From Tricharina praecox (taxonomy: Eukaryota), in NCBI RefSeq assembly GCF_024521635.1, contig NW_026250442.1, positions 62,001-126,000 on the forward strand: a stretch of 64,000 nucleotides of DNA. Reading direction: 5' to 3'. A program made the position numbers and the translations under genes. Shown here one piece after another: positions 26,188-38,897 of the stretch. The notes beneath the pieces are model-generated. The model saw nothing but the letters and a program-made list of their open reading frames with translations, searched no databases and was not told the DNA's origin. Within the stretch, counting starts at the first letter, position 1; each line of letters begins with the position of its first letter.

Positions 26188-27337
26188 ATGGCGAAAACAG
26201 CGCGGCGTGCAGCCCGTTTGCTCCCCTTCCCCTCACCTTTCCTGCCATATACTGACACGCAGCAGGCTCGGGCCTGGCCCTGACCTCCCTCATCCTCCTC
26301 TCGGGAGCAACAGTCCTGCTGTTCCTCCTACTCCTAGCTGGCGCCTTCGACCGGCGTCCTCTAAACCGGATCTTCTTCCTGCAAGCGGACACCACGGGAA
26401 TCCCCAACGCACCCAACGGGATCACGCACTGGACACTCTACAACGTTTGTCCTCCTCTTCCCATCCCTACAGCCTCCAGCTAACCTCTCAGCACTGCTCC
26501 TCCCACAACGGGATCAACACCGCCTGCGGCCCCAACAGCGCCGCATACCCAATCGACCCCGTGCGGAACTTCGGCACCCGCACCGGCATCCCTTCCTCCT
26601 TCGTGCATCACCCCTCGAAGTACTTCTACCTCTCGCGCTTCCTGTACGCATTCTACATCATCACTTTATTCTTCACCCTGTGCGCCCTGGCGCTCTCCCT
26701 CGCCGCCTGCCTCTCGCCATTAGCTACCTACCTCGCCACAGCCTGTGCCTTAGCCGCAACCCTGAGCGCCGCGTTCTGCGCGGCCGTAATGACCGCCGTC
26801 TACGAAATGGCCGCGCGCGCTTGGCGCCACGACGGCAGGCAAGCCCGCATCGGCGTCAAGGCTACTGCGTTCACGTGGACGATCCTGGCGCTCACTGCGC
26901 TCGCTACCGCCGCGCTGATGGCTGCTGCTATGGCTGCAAGGCGCGGGAGAGGGAGAGGGCGTGCACCCCCGCCTACGAGCAATGTGTACAGGACGGGTGC
27001 GCCCGATAGTAGTGGTAGGGTCGCGAGGTTGACCAGGCTCGGCACGGTGAAGCGCGAGAGAGCCGGGCCGGCGGCCGCGCCCGTCTGGAGTGAGAAGGAG
27101 CGGCGTGCGGATAGTGACTTTGCGCGCAGTAGTGAGGGCGCCAGGACCGAGAGCGTGCGTAGGTTGACTATGGTGCCGCAGGGGATGGGGAGGAGGAGTG
27201 AGGGCGGGGATAGGGATAGGATGGGGGAGGGGTATAGGGAGAGGGATAGGATGGGGGATAGGGTGGGGTATAGGGAGGGGGAGGGGGATAGGACTGTTAG
27301 GCTTAATGGGCCCGCGAGGACGGTTGATAGTGCGTGA
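26188..27337 (+). CDS. SUR7: Sur7/PalI-family eisosome tetraspan membrane protein
   Basis: Spliced product [19 protein letters not shown]...[14 protein letters not shown]...WTLYN/HC...C...[11 protein letters not shown] with four TM segments. Introns at about 26207-26262 and 26444-26491. Confidence 0.85.
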
Positions 27338-29530
27338 TGGTGGGGGGTGATGTAGGAGGGGAGAAGGGGGAGGGGTGGATAATGTTTGGTTTGGTGTATT
27401 TGGTCCGGTTGGTTTGGTTTGGTTTGGGATTCATATTCGGTTTGGATGTACTTGTACAATGTAGTAATGTTGACGATGATGTAGTTTGCTCTGGGAGATG
27501 TAATATATTCGCTTCGATGGTTCGATGCTCAGTCCGGTCATGACATATCACCAACTCCCCAGCCCGCCAATGAGGATTCTCCAGCTCGCTTACCTATTCC
27601 GTTGATCTTGATGTCGATGTCCGTTAGGTGTGTATGATCTCAACTCTACCCAATAGAAGACCCACGATGCTATGGAGTAGAATATCTACCGTATGTACCT
27701 CGGCGGCGGTGCAAGATCTGCGGCGGCGCATGATCGGCCGGGGCGGGGCGGGGATGGGGATGGAGGATCGGCGGGGTGCATGGCTGGTACCTACACGCAC
27801 AAGCCGGCTTCACCGATCTCACCGATTTCACCTCGAGCTGCGAGCGGCAGCTGTGGGCATACATGGAGCTCGAGACTCGTCTAGGCAGTCGCCGTTGCCG
27901 TTCGGGATCCGGAATCTACCGGCTGCTTGCTTGCTGGTTTCGTGGCCCGTTAAGTTACTGCCAGTTACTGCCAGTACTATATCCATCGGACATCCGTACG
28001 GCTTCGAAGTTCGAACTCGGCCTGTATCGAGGCGGGCGGTGCACACACATATCTACGATACTCTAGAGTACATAACTACGCCTCTGCTCTGCTTTGTTCT
28101 GCATGGCTGGCAGGTGCGCAGTACGACGGGGATGGAGAGGTGGATGTTCCCTGCGTCGGCACGTACAGAGGACGCAGAGGACGCAGAGTATTGTACACAC
28201 CTGAGTACCCAAGTAACCACCACTCACTCCACTCCACACCACACAACTCCACTCCACACCATCCCCATCCTTCCATGTTCATGCATATGCGACGAGGGAC
28301 CAGTCACCAGGGGATCCGGATGACCATAGGTATCGATACCTATCTCTACTCGTATCTCACATCCAGATTCCAGATACGAGGAGAGGATTCGAGGAATTTG
28401 AAGGATTCGAAACTCGCCCGAAAGCTGGAAAAAGGAAAGAAGTCCTGCTGGTGGGTACATAGGTCAGTTGGTACTTGGGTGGGGTTGAGGCCTCGCTCGC
28501 TCAGTATGAAGTATGTACCTAATCGGCACGCTCCGGATCGGCCAGCAAGAAGCAAGAAGCAAGAAGCAAGAAGCAAGAAGCAAGAAGCATCGACCGCTCA
28601 TCGGACATCGGCCATCGGTCGATACGGTACCTCCTCATCGGTACCGTATTCAAACTCTGCCGGTTTTTGCGGCAGGTGCTCTTTGAGAAACAAAGAAAGA
28701 AAAAATTAAGGAAAGGAAAAGGAAAAGAAAGGAATAAGAAAAGGAGAGGAAAATGCAAAAAGTGAAATGCGAAAAAGGGAAACTGTATGTAGAAACTCTT
28801 TCTTGAGAAAGTGCAACCGTATCCGCATCCAAGGAAGGTCTTCCCCCCTCCCCCCACCCACATCCACTCTGCAATGCAAATAAGCATCGCGCCGCCCTTC
28901 ACACTCCCTCCACACTCCACTCCACACCTCGGAAGGAGAAAAAAAAAGAAAAGAAAAGAAAAAACGAGGCGGTTGCGCATGGAGGACGGCCGCGCATGGG
29001 GACGCAGATGGAGGGTGTCAGAAACCGTCTCGGCGGCAAGGTTGATATCTACATTTCTCACCGTACATACACGAGTCGAACCCAGAGATCTGTACTGTAC
29101 GGTACTGTACTCACTCACCCTCGCCGCCCGGGTGCCGGAGCACTATATCGCGATACACGTGCGCTTGGAGGTGTGGATGTGTTGGATAGACGGTTGGACA
29201 GTTGGATAGGTGGGTGTACGGGTGGGTGGGCTTGCCGGTTTTCGGGGTAAAATCCCGGATTCGTATTCAACTTATTTAACTTTGTGCGGGTGGGTGGGTG
29301 TACGAACGATGAACGGTAACGGTGAGCGAGTGACTGAGCGAGTGGGTGGTGAGTGAACGGGTGAGTGATGGCATGTGTTCTGCAGGCGAACGGGCGGGCT
29401 GGGCTTTTGGCGGGGTACACAGAGTTGGAGTTAGGTAGCGCCAGGCGATGCGACATCCTGCGTGCGTGCGGAGTGCCCCGCCTCGCCCGCGAGTCCGCGA
29501 CAGCTTATGAGCGTTGAGACGTACCATATA

Positions 29531-31498
29531 GAGCCAAGCAACAAAGTCATCAAGCTTGTGGCAGCCTGGTATGGGCACGATTTTGACACAACCTGCATGG
29601 AAATATTTACTTATATTTGTATAAATTCTCAATAAGCCTATTCGTAAAAAAAAATGCTTGGTCAGGGTTTTCAGATTCCATGGCATTTTGTTGAATAATC
29701 CTTCCTCAATCCTGAGTGCTGTGAAAATGATTCACGACTCCGAAGCTTTCTGCAAGGCTTACTCACCGCAAACCTTGTGAGCTCATAAGGGCTCCATAAG
29801 GATGCCGTAAGTCTTTTCAATACAATAAATAAGGGATAGTAAGGCTTATACGCTCATGAGGGTTCTTGAACTCCTAAGCAGTAAATAATGACTTCTTCTA
29901 CGATAAGCGTCTTCACTTCGAGATGACTATCACTTGGCGATGACTATCATTTATTGATGCTCTTGTTCCGTACCATTATATACCTAAACAAGTCTCCTTC
30001 CCTACTCTCCACTCCCCCGCCCCATATCCCCACCATTCTCATAGTACCATCCCCCACTCACCATACTGCGTTTCCCTACTGTTCCTCACCGTGAGCACCG
30101 CGCCGGTAGGGAGAGGAGGAAGAGGAGGAAGAGGAGGAAGAGGAGGAAGAGGAGGAAGAGGAGGAAGAGGAGGAAGAGGAGGAAGAGGAGGAAGAGGAGG
30201 AGGAACTGTCATGGAGAGGAGGGGTTGCGCCGAGAGGAGCTATGAGAGAGAAGCTATCAGCGGGAGTAGTAGTAGCAGTTGCGGCGGGAGTGGGAGATAT
30301 GGTGAGGGTAGGAGTTGTCAACGAGTAGGAAGAAGTGATAGTGGAGGAACTGTCAGTGAAGAGGAGTTGTCTTCAAGAGGATGAGCCATCAGCTAGAGGA
30401 GGAGTTGTCGGTAAGAGGAGGAGTTATCAGCAGGGGGGCTGTGGGCGGTAGGAAGAAGTGAGGTAGGAGTCCTTTTGGCGGGAGAAACCGAATGTGGTCA
30501 GTGGTAGGCATCAAAGTTGGCGGGCATGGCGGGGTCGACCAAGTGGGGAGGAGGGGAGCTCCTTAAGCTGGGCCTAGTGGAGGTTTCTTCTTCTCTAGAC
30601 GAGATACGGAAGTGATGGGGGAGCTGTCTGCGGGTGGAGGAGTTATCAGCGAGATGAGAAATTGATGGGGGAGCTGTTAGCAGGAGTTGTCAGAAAGATG
30701 GGGGAGCGATGGGGGAGCTGTCAGTGAGATGAGGGAGTAGTGGGGGAGCTGTCTGCGAGAAGTTGTCAGCGAGATGGGGAAGTAGGGGGGGATCTGTCTG
30801 CGAGAAGTGGAAGTGATGGGGGAGCTGCCAGCGGGAAGCGGAGTTGTCAGCGAGATGAGGAAGTAATGGGGGGAGCTGCCGGCGGGAGGAGGAGTTGTAG
30901 TGTAGGTAGTGTAGTGGGGAGGGTTGTGGTGACTCGACGGCATGAAAAAGTTGGGAGTAGACTCAGTGCACTGTGAATGGCATCCCTTACTCGGAGTGCC
31001 AGTGCTAGATGAACATAAAGCCGATGTAATAATTTTCGTGTCAAGCAGTCTGATCTTCGCATATGCGCTATGGATCTGCAAAGGCGGTAGAACCCATTTG
31101 AACGCTTATATCTTGTGAAGAAATCAAGCGTGTGGTGCTGGAAGGGTTTTCCTGTATCAGGCTGAGATATCTTATAATGCTTCACAAAACCTGCCAGTCT
31201 CACAGTCATTATTGTACGATAGGGCTGTGCATGTCAACACTGACTACATATCCCTTGGGATGGCCTAAGTCTCACAAGGTGAGAAGGCTGATTTATGAAC
31301 GGTGGTTTCTGTTTGGGCCGGCAATATGTAGGAGCCATGAGAATTTTAGGGTTATGGGAACATATGCCTTATTTTGGCATTCCCCTAATAGAAACCTTAG
31401 GGGGTTGCACGTGCTTATTACTGGCTTATAAAAGAATTATCTGAATACATCCCTTATGATAAGGACGACATAATCTTGGTGACTTTGTTGCGTGCCCC
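29531..31498. mobile_element. Degenerate non-autonomous DNA transposon with terminal inverted repeats
   Basis: Left end GAGCCAAGCAACAAAGTCATCAAGCTTGTG matches the reverse complement of the right end GGGGCACGCAACAAAGTCACCAAGATTATG at 24/30. TATA flanks both ends (29527-30, 31499-502). AT-rich subterminal regions; no transposase ORF. Confidence 0.65.
30112..30205 (+). repeat. (GAGGAGGAA)n microsatellite, about 10 units, inside the TIR element
   Basis: Direct reading of the sequence. Confidence 0.9.
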
Positions 31499-32838
31499 TA
31501 TATGATACATGCCGTACCTATTATATGCCGGTACAGTATCCGAATACCCATCGAGGGCATCTCAGTATTCAGAATCTCACTCTATCCTCGAACACTACTC
31601 TCACGTAGAAGCCACGCAATAGAAGTACATAGGACTACGTGGGGAGATGGAAACTACATGTACATGCTATCATCATCGGAAGCGGTCGAATACAGAATAA
31701 TCAAAGAATAATAGGTAGTAACAATCACGAAATGAGAAGCAAAGACAGGTGGAAGTGAGCACAATGAGAAAGCAAGTTATAAAGCACTTTATTGCGACCG
31801 ATTATCCGGCAGATGATCATCTAGTGCTAAATCAGAAATCCACCTATAGACACTTCATCCAATTGTGCGGACAACAGTCTCCTTTCCAACACCGGATTCC
31901 CAAAAAGCGTAGAATCGGATACCCACCGGCTTGTCCCCCGTATATGGTGGCGTTTTTCGAGGGACCATTGAGCTTGTCTTTGTTGTGCCGGTGACGGTCT
32001 GCCATGCTTCCCCGATTAAGGGGCATACTCGGCTCAGGCAATTCGGGATTGCGGTTCTGGTCGACGAGAGGGGTGTGTTTCGTCGTCAAAAGGTATGTAT
32101 AGGAGTGGTCTTCATCCCTTCGATCACCGCCGACTTCGCCGTGAGGTTTTTATGGAGCTTCCTGTTGGTGCACGATCTGAAGGTGAGGTGCGCACGCGAG
32201 GGTTTGAGTGGGCGATATGATCAGAAGGTGGTAAGAAGAAGAAGATGTAGTTGTTATTGTTCTAGCTGAAGTTCTAGTTGTACTTATAGTCGTCCCAGAC
32301 GAACTAGAACCTTCCCCGTGAGCCATGCACGAACAATCACTCGACCAAACACGCCGCTCCGAAAACAAAGGCCCTACGGGCCGCAACACTTCCCTGATAA
32401 GAACGAGAATCCCAGGAGGACTCTCCCATCAGGGCCTAACTCCCGAAAACTGCATCGATGACGTGAGTCGTGACTGCAGCGACCGGAGCCATCAGGCTCC
32501 TCCACCTCCAAATGGAGTATGGAGCAGTTCGGGCAATCGCCGAACATTCGTCCCCCCGCCCACATCGTGGGATACCCATTCCACCTACTGGGAAGATTTT
32601 CTTCCACCACTCGTCATCGAGAAGGCTTCCCGACATCGCGACGGCATCTATCTGTGCCTCTGTCATAACGTTAGCAGTGATCCCTAGGTGTCAATACTAG
32701 AAGAGGCGGCTTTACCGGTCAAATGACTTCGCGACGACTCCAACTCCGACGTCTTCTCATCATATCGTCCCGTAACGCGGACTATCGCCGCCTCCACCCT
32801 CCCCATAACCAGAACACCCCCTCCGCCCCCTCCGCCCC

Positions 32839-35440
32839 CTACACATCCCACCGCCGTCTCCACGGCGGCGGGTTGCTAGGCCCGCCCGAGTTCCCGCCCG
32901 AGTTCGCCCCCCCCTGTGGCCGGGACCACTCCTCCTCCGGCCACTGCTCCCACACCTCCTCCTCCTCTACCACCTTCCCCTTCTCCGCCACCGGGGCCAT
33001 CTCCTTCCCCTTCCCCTTCCACTTACCCGTTGGCACCACAGCCTCCCTCCCCTTCCCCTTCCACTTCTCCGCCTCCGAGACCACCTCCTTCCCCTTCCCC
33101 TTCTTGGCGGCCCTCGCCTCGGAGGTAGGGTCGTGGTCGGCCTTCCGCTTCCTCGATAAGGTCGAGGCGGGCTGCGCCTTCTTGACGCGCTCGTCAAAGT
33201 GGTGGTCCGCAGATGCCTTCGCCTTCTCCGGAATGGTCAAGGCTCTCTTGACGCGCATTCCATCGTCGGCATCAGCATCTGCTTTCCGCTTCTTCGACGA
33301 GGCCAAGGCAGGCGCAGCCTTCTCGACACGCTTATCGGTGTCCTGGCCACCAGACACCTTCCCTGACATCTTCGCGGAAACCAGGGACGGCGCCGGCTTC
33401 GTAGCAGCCTTCTTGACAGGCCTGTCGCTACCGTCGAGATCGGCATCAGCTGCTCCTCTTTTGGTTGACAGTGTCGAGCCAGGCTTGGCCAGGACTGGAT
33501 TCTTCGGCGGAATCACGTACCCCCAACCTCCCACCTTCACGGCCCCCTTCATGGGGTAGCGGTATATCCTCGGGGGGCCCGCCGTCGTCGCCCTCAACTG
33601 CTCGATCGTCGTGGACGCGGCGGTGCGACCTCTCGCCTGACTGGCAGCCGTAGGCGCCATATAGCGAGGCATCGTATAGCCTAGGGCAGTACGACCGGGA
33701 AGGGTCCCAGTAGCTGGGACAGAAGGTGCCGCACCCTTCGCCCGGTCGTTCTTCCCCACAACATCCTCCGATCGGGAGACCTTTGGATCCTTCTTGGTCC
33801 GGGCATCTCCAAACCCAACACGACCGGGAAGGGTCCCAGTAGCTGGGACAGAAGGTGCCGCACCCTTCGCCCGGTCGTTCTTCCCCACAACACGCTCCGA
33901 TCGGGAGACCTTTGAATCCGTCTTGGTCCAGGCGTCCCCAAACCCAGCACGACCGTTGGAGCTAGCAACTGGTCGGCTGTCCGTCACCTTAGGGCTCCCA
34001 ATAGTAGCCGCCGGCTTAGTAGGACGAACGGCGTCACCACCGTGCCTACCCTCACCGGTGACCGCTCTGGGGTCCTTAGGACCAGGCCGGGCCTTGACAG
34101 ACACCTGAGGGTCTTTCACCTCAGCTTCACCCTTCACCTCCCTCAAACCACCGCCAACAGCCGCTGACTTAGCAGGACGAACGAGGTTTCCCTCGCGCTT
34201 ACCCTCGCCAACAGCCGCCTTTGGGGCCTTGAGATCCGGGCGGACTTGCTCCTTCACCCTCGAACCACCTCCAATAGTGGCCGACTTAGCAGGACGAACG
34301 GTGTCACCACCGCGCCTACCCTCGCCAGCCACCGTCTTTGGGGCCTTGGGATCCGGGCGACCCCCCTCGCCCCCCCTCACTCCACCAACAACCGCCGGCT
34401 TAGTAGGACGAATGGTGTCGCCACCGCGCCTACCCTCACCAGCGACTGCCCTCGAGTCCTTAGGACCCGGCATCTGAGGGTATTTCACCTCAGCTTCACC
34501 CATACCCCTCGAGCCACCTCCAACAACCGCAGACTTAGCAGGAAGAACGAGGTTTCCCTCGCGCCTACCCTCGCCAACAGCCGCCTTTGGGGCCCGGATA
34601 TCCGGGTGGACTTGATCCTTCACCTTCGAACCACCTCCAACAGCAGCCGACTTAGCAGGATGAACGGTGTTTCCACCGCGCCTACCCTCGCCAGCTACCG
34701 CCTTCGGGGCCTTGGGATCCGGTCCTCCGCTCCGTAGAGACGAAGGTAAAGTGCCAGGTGTTACCCTGGGAGCCGCCGGCTTAGCAGGACGAACGGTGTC
34801 GCCACCGCGCCCACTCTCACCAGCGACTACTCTTGTGTCCTTAGGACCCTTTCGGGCCTCGTCGGACGTCTGAGGGTATTTCACCCCAGCTTCACTCATT
34901 CCCCCAGAGCCACCTCCAACAACCGCCGACTTAGCAGGACGAACGAGGTTTCCCTCGCGCCTACCCTCGCCAACAGCCGCCTTCGGGGTCCGGATATCCG
35001 GGTGGACTTGATCCATCACCCCCGAGCCACCTCCAACAGCAGCCGACTTAGTAGGACGAACGGTGTCACCACCGCGCCTACCCTCGCCAGCCACCGCCTT
35101 TGGGGCCTTGGGATCCGGTCCTCCGCTCCGTAGAGTCGGAGGTAGTGCGTCTCTTCCTCTCTTCGAGGCCGAGGCAGCGGAGACAGCGGCGGCGAGAGGC
35201 TTTGCCCCCTGCGACTGCTGCTCGGTTCCCTTCTGGACCCACCTGACATGTCAGCTACCGATCCGTCAAGAGATATACTTACAATCAAAGGGGAAATGCA
35301 TACGCGGGACGGCTGCTCGGTACCCTTCTGAACACACCAATCAGCTATCCATCCAGAGAAATACTCACAACCAAAGGGGGAATGGGGAGAGTGGAGGAGA
35401 AACATACCCGAGGAGAAAGATTCGACTTGTAAGAAGACAT
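32839..35440 (-). CDS. Orphan low-complexity basic protein built from internal tandem repeats
   Basis: The 751-aa open frame is extended by two micro-exons (MSSYKSNLSPR; KGTEQPSR) with GTATGY donors. Repeated PKAPKAxxGEGRRxGxxVRPAKSA units and a 129-bp duplication (33691, 33820). Confidence 0.55.
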
Positions 35441-35886
35441 TTCGTAGTAGAAGAATTTCAGGCGTGCGTAAGAAAAAAGATTCTGAGCGATGCTAGAAAT
35501 TGTTCGAAAGCCGAAGATGTCTGTGAAGAGAAAGAAGAAGGGAGGGAGTGGGGGAAGCAGAAGTAATTTATAGTTGGAGCCGGACTTGGAATTTGAAGTT
35601 TTTGGACTAGAGGCGTGCATGCGAACTCACTCGCAGCGAGTGATAGGGGTTATGCGTCATCTTGCCCTCCTCCTCCGCTGCCCCCCACCCAACTACCCTC
35701 GTCCCCATCCAGGTACTCATCTCGAATCCGGTAGGCAAGTTTTGCCTATATTCCCCCCACAAACAGCAAACATACCTCCGACCTACCCACTGCTCCCCAT
35801 AGTTGTGCAAGCAAACACAAAAAGTTGTTGAATTTTCCAGTTTGCCAAAAAAAAATCGTAGCATAAATCATCAAACCACACCGACC

Positions 35887-36362
35887 ATGTTCGCCAGCCT
35901 AGCTCTTCTAGACCCGCTGCACAGCTTCCTCCTCAGCACAGTGCTGATCTACCTTCTCACGCTGTACCCTCTGCTCACGCTCATCTCCACCTCCTCCGCG
36001 CTCCTCACCGGCCTAGCGCTCACCCGCCTCGGCGGACTGCTCTCGCACCTCGGCGCACACCTTTTCCGCGCCGGCACCGTGCTGGTGCACTTCGTCCTCG
36101 GCTACGTCAAGCACCTGCTCGAGTCTCCGAGTCTCGCACAGCGCTGGAGGCGGAGGTCGAGGGGTTGAGGGGTGTTTGTGCGCTGCTGAGGACGGAGACT
36201 AAGGAGCTCAATAGGGTAGCGGAGTTGCTGGGGGAGGTGTTGGGGTTGCATTCGGAGCTGGGGTGCGGCGTGCAAGAACGCCGGATGGAGAAGATGGCCC
36301 ATGGGAGGAGACCGCCGGCTAAGAGACGGACACCGGTGGCGCCGTCAGTGGTGAGGGATTGA
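35887..36362 (+). pseudogene. Small membrane/coiled-coil protein gene frameshifted by an 8-bp tandem duplication
   Basis: CGAGTCTC is duplicated at 36120-36135. Removing one copy gives a single 155-aa ORF (MFASLALL...HLLESRTALEAEVEGLR...VVRD*). Confidence 0.6.
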
Positions 36363-36583
36363 TGGTGAAGATGTGTACCGCATCTACGTATCTACCCGGT
36401 TGACGACCTGGTGGAGCAGTTGGTTGCGTGTGCTCCTGTTCCGCTCCTCCCGCTACGAGGGTCGATCAGACATGGTCCCACATCTCGGATGGATGGTTAT
36501 ACGGTTCCGTCATGGACCGGAACCTTCCCGGCCCGAAGCGAAAGCCACAAAACGGGGTCGAACTTTTTTACATCCACTACTAA

Positions 36584-37210
36584 TTAACTACATCCCTCTC
36601 CCCCCTCCAGAACCCTCTGTAACCTCTCCCTCTCCCCCTCCAGCCGCCTCCACAACTCCTCCACGCCCTCCTCAAAGAACAGTTTCGCACCCCTCATCCC
36701 CAGCAGCTCCTTCCTTCTCAACTTCTCTCTCTCCCTAAGCAGCACCTCCATCTTCGCCGCGAGCGCCGCAGCCTCGGCGGCCAAGGCCCTCGCGCAACTC
36801 TCACCACCAATGCCGAAACCCAGAACCCGCTCCCTTCGTCGCCGCAGCCGCGGGGGCGGAGCGAGTGCGGTGATGGATGCGGAAAATACGCCGAGCGCTG
36901 AGGCGAACGTGTGCTGCCGCATCATTTGCGATTGTAACGGCCCCGGTGGGAGCAGGGTTAGCGGCGGGGGGTGGTAGGTCTTGTTGTGCGCGTGCGGGCA
37001 GAAGGGGGCGGTATTTGTGGTGGTATTTGTGGAGGATGAGGATGGGGAGGAGCAGGCGCGGCTGCGGCGGCGGTTGCGGCTGTCGGCTTTGCTGCTGGAT
37101 GGGGAGGCCGTTCGGCTGGATAGCGACGTTTCTTGCGTGTGCTTGTATTGGTTGTAGCCAGTGTGCAACCGGAGGTAGAGCGAGAATGCGCACAGGATTA
37201 TTTCGGCCAT
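36584..37210 (-). CDS. Hypothetical protein, 208 aa, C-terminal coiled coil
   Basis: ATG at 37210; heptad-like EAAALAAKMEVLLREREKLRRKELL...ERERLQRVLE. Confidence 0.5.
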   Translation of the reverse strand: MAEIILCAFSLYLRLHTGYNQYKHTQETSLSSRTASPSSSKADSRNRRRSRACSSPSSSSTNTTTNTAPFCPHAHNKTYHPPPLTLLPPGPLQSQMMRQHTFASALGVFSASITALAPPPRLRRRRERVLGFGIGGESCARALAAEAAALAAKMEVLLREREKLRRKELLGMRGAKLFFEEGVEELWRRLEGERERLQRVLEGGEGCS

Positions 37211-38619
37211 TGGATTGGTTGGTTGCGTGGATACGGTATGAGGTTTGTCGAGATCGTGGATTGTCGTGAACCTCGAGATATAGGTATTACTGTATAGACG
37301 CCTGAGCACACCTTCCTCCTCCCTCAAGAGCGGCGACGAGCGGGCTGTTATATACCAGCACATAGGCGCATACCTACCCGCAGCGGGAAAGCTGTACACT
37401 CGACGTTGTCAATAGGTAGGTAGTCAACGGTCAGACCGCCCTCATCTGCTGGCTGCCCACCAACCCGTGCCCCACTCTCTCCCACTCACAGTCTGTCAGT
37501 CTCACATCCACCCACCAACCAAGTCCAAGTAACCGAAGGCTTTGCACACGCACATGCCGTAGTCAGCAGAAAAGCACAAAAGCGCATTCAGCCCTACGAA
37601 CCGCAGGACCGCCACATGGCACATACAGGCACCAGAAAGAAAGTCTCAGGCTGGATTCGAGACAGCACATAGGTACATACATACATGTTGGAATTGACTG
37701 TTCCGCGACTCCACGACTCCGCGCCTCAATTGCGCTCGGCCTATGATAGGATGTAGTCGGGTTAGACGCCAGTGCATGCAGGGTTAGTACCGTTAACACT
37801 CAGCCCTACTAGGCATCGGTATCGTGCGCAGCAGATACCTAGAGCACCTCTGCACCATACCTATCTACGTTATGTAAAATTTTGTCCGCCTACTGCTGCC
37901 TGGAGAGGCTTGGATGCATTTCATTTTGGTGGCTTGCACTTGTTCCCTCAGCTGTGCAGACTCCAGAGAGGGAGGTCCGTGGTGGTGGAAAGTGGGCGCG
38001 AATCAGCTGTGGCGGTGGCAGTGGCAGTTGCGCACGCCGCGGGAGTTCAGCGACTAGCTACTCTAGTTACATACGGCTAGGTATGTACATGCGGCTGTCA
38101 GATTGCAGTTGCCTGAGGGCCGTTTGTATTTTTTGGCAAGGCATCCAGCGATTCTAAACCCGAGCAGATACCTAGGCAAAGAATATGTACCTACATAAGG
38201 CTTCCTAGGTATATGATTGATGATGAAGTGATAGCGGGCATCGAGGTTCCCACTACAAACCTCCGATAGGTACACATAGCTGGGGCACGCACGCTGAGCT
38301 ATTCGCAAATCCGTGCAACGGTGTGGTGCTAGTTAGTTATGCCCCACGACCTGCGAATTGACGAGAAACGGGCCGCAGTGGGTTCAATAGTCCGTCCAAA
38401 TACTGGCGGGCTCTCTGGGCGGTTTGTGGGCGGGCGGGCGGGCTAGGCGCTTCTGAGCTCGAGCCTACAATAGGTAGTGAGCCCACTGTAAAGCCAATAA
38501 TTTGATTGTGTATGAATGGGGACGCCTGTTACGTGACGAAAATGAACCTTATTCCACGGTACCACGAGTAAATAGAGTACAACAACAGTGCTAGCATTAG
38601 ATTAAGAGTAGAGTAAAGT

Positions 38620-38680
38620 AAGTATCTAGAAGCAAGTATCGAGAAGCAAGTATCGAGAAGCAAGTATCGAGAAGCAAGTA
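38620..38680 (+). repeat. 14-bp tandem repeat x4 (AAGTATCGAGAAGC)
   Basis: Direct reading of the sequence. Confidence 0.8.
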
Positions 38681-38897
38681 CGAGTTTGTCTGCCGCCAAA
38701 CATCCCAACATCATGACGAATGCGTCAAATCCGTCAAATCCACACCCTTCGACTACAGTGCCATCCATCCGATCCCATGATCCCATCCACCCATACAGAC
38801 AAACAAACAAAGTAAAAAAAAACGTAAAAGAAAATGCAATGAAAAGCACGCTTCACCACCATCGGCAAACCGGACACCCCCCATCTCTACCATTTTT

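Noticed and set aside
32723..33559. 278-aa plus-strand ORF and other long antisense ORFs (42461-43285, 51295-52305, 52451-53395)
   Set aside because: Shadows of GC-rich coding sequence on the opposite strand.
31500..35600. LTR retrotransposon gag region
   Set aside because: No LTR pair, primer-binding site, zinc knuckle, or RT/integrase motifs were found, and the gene appears to have introns.
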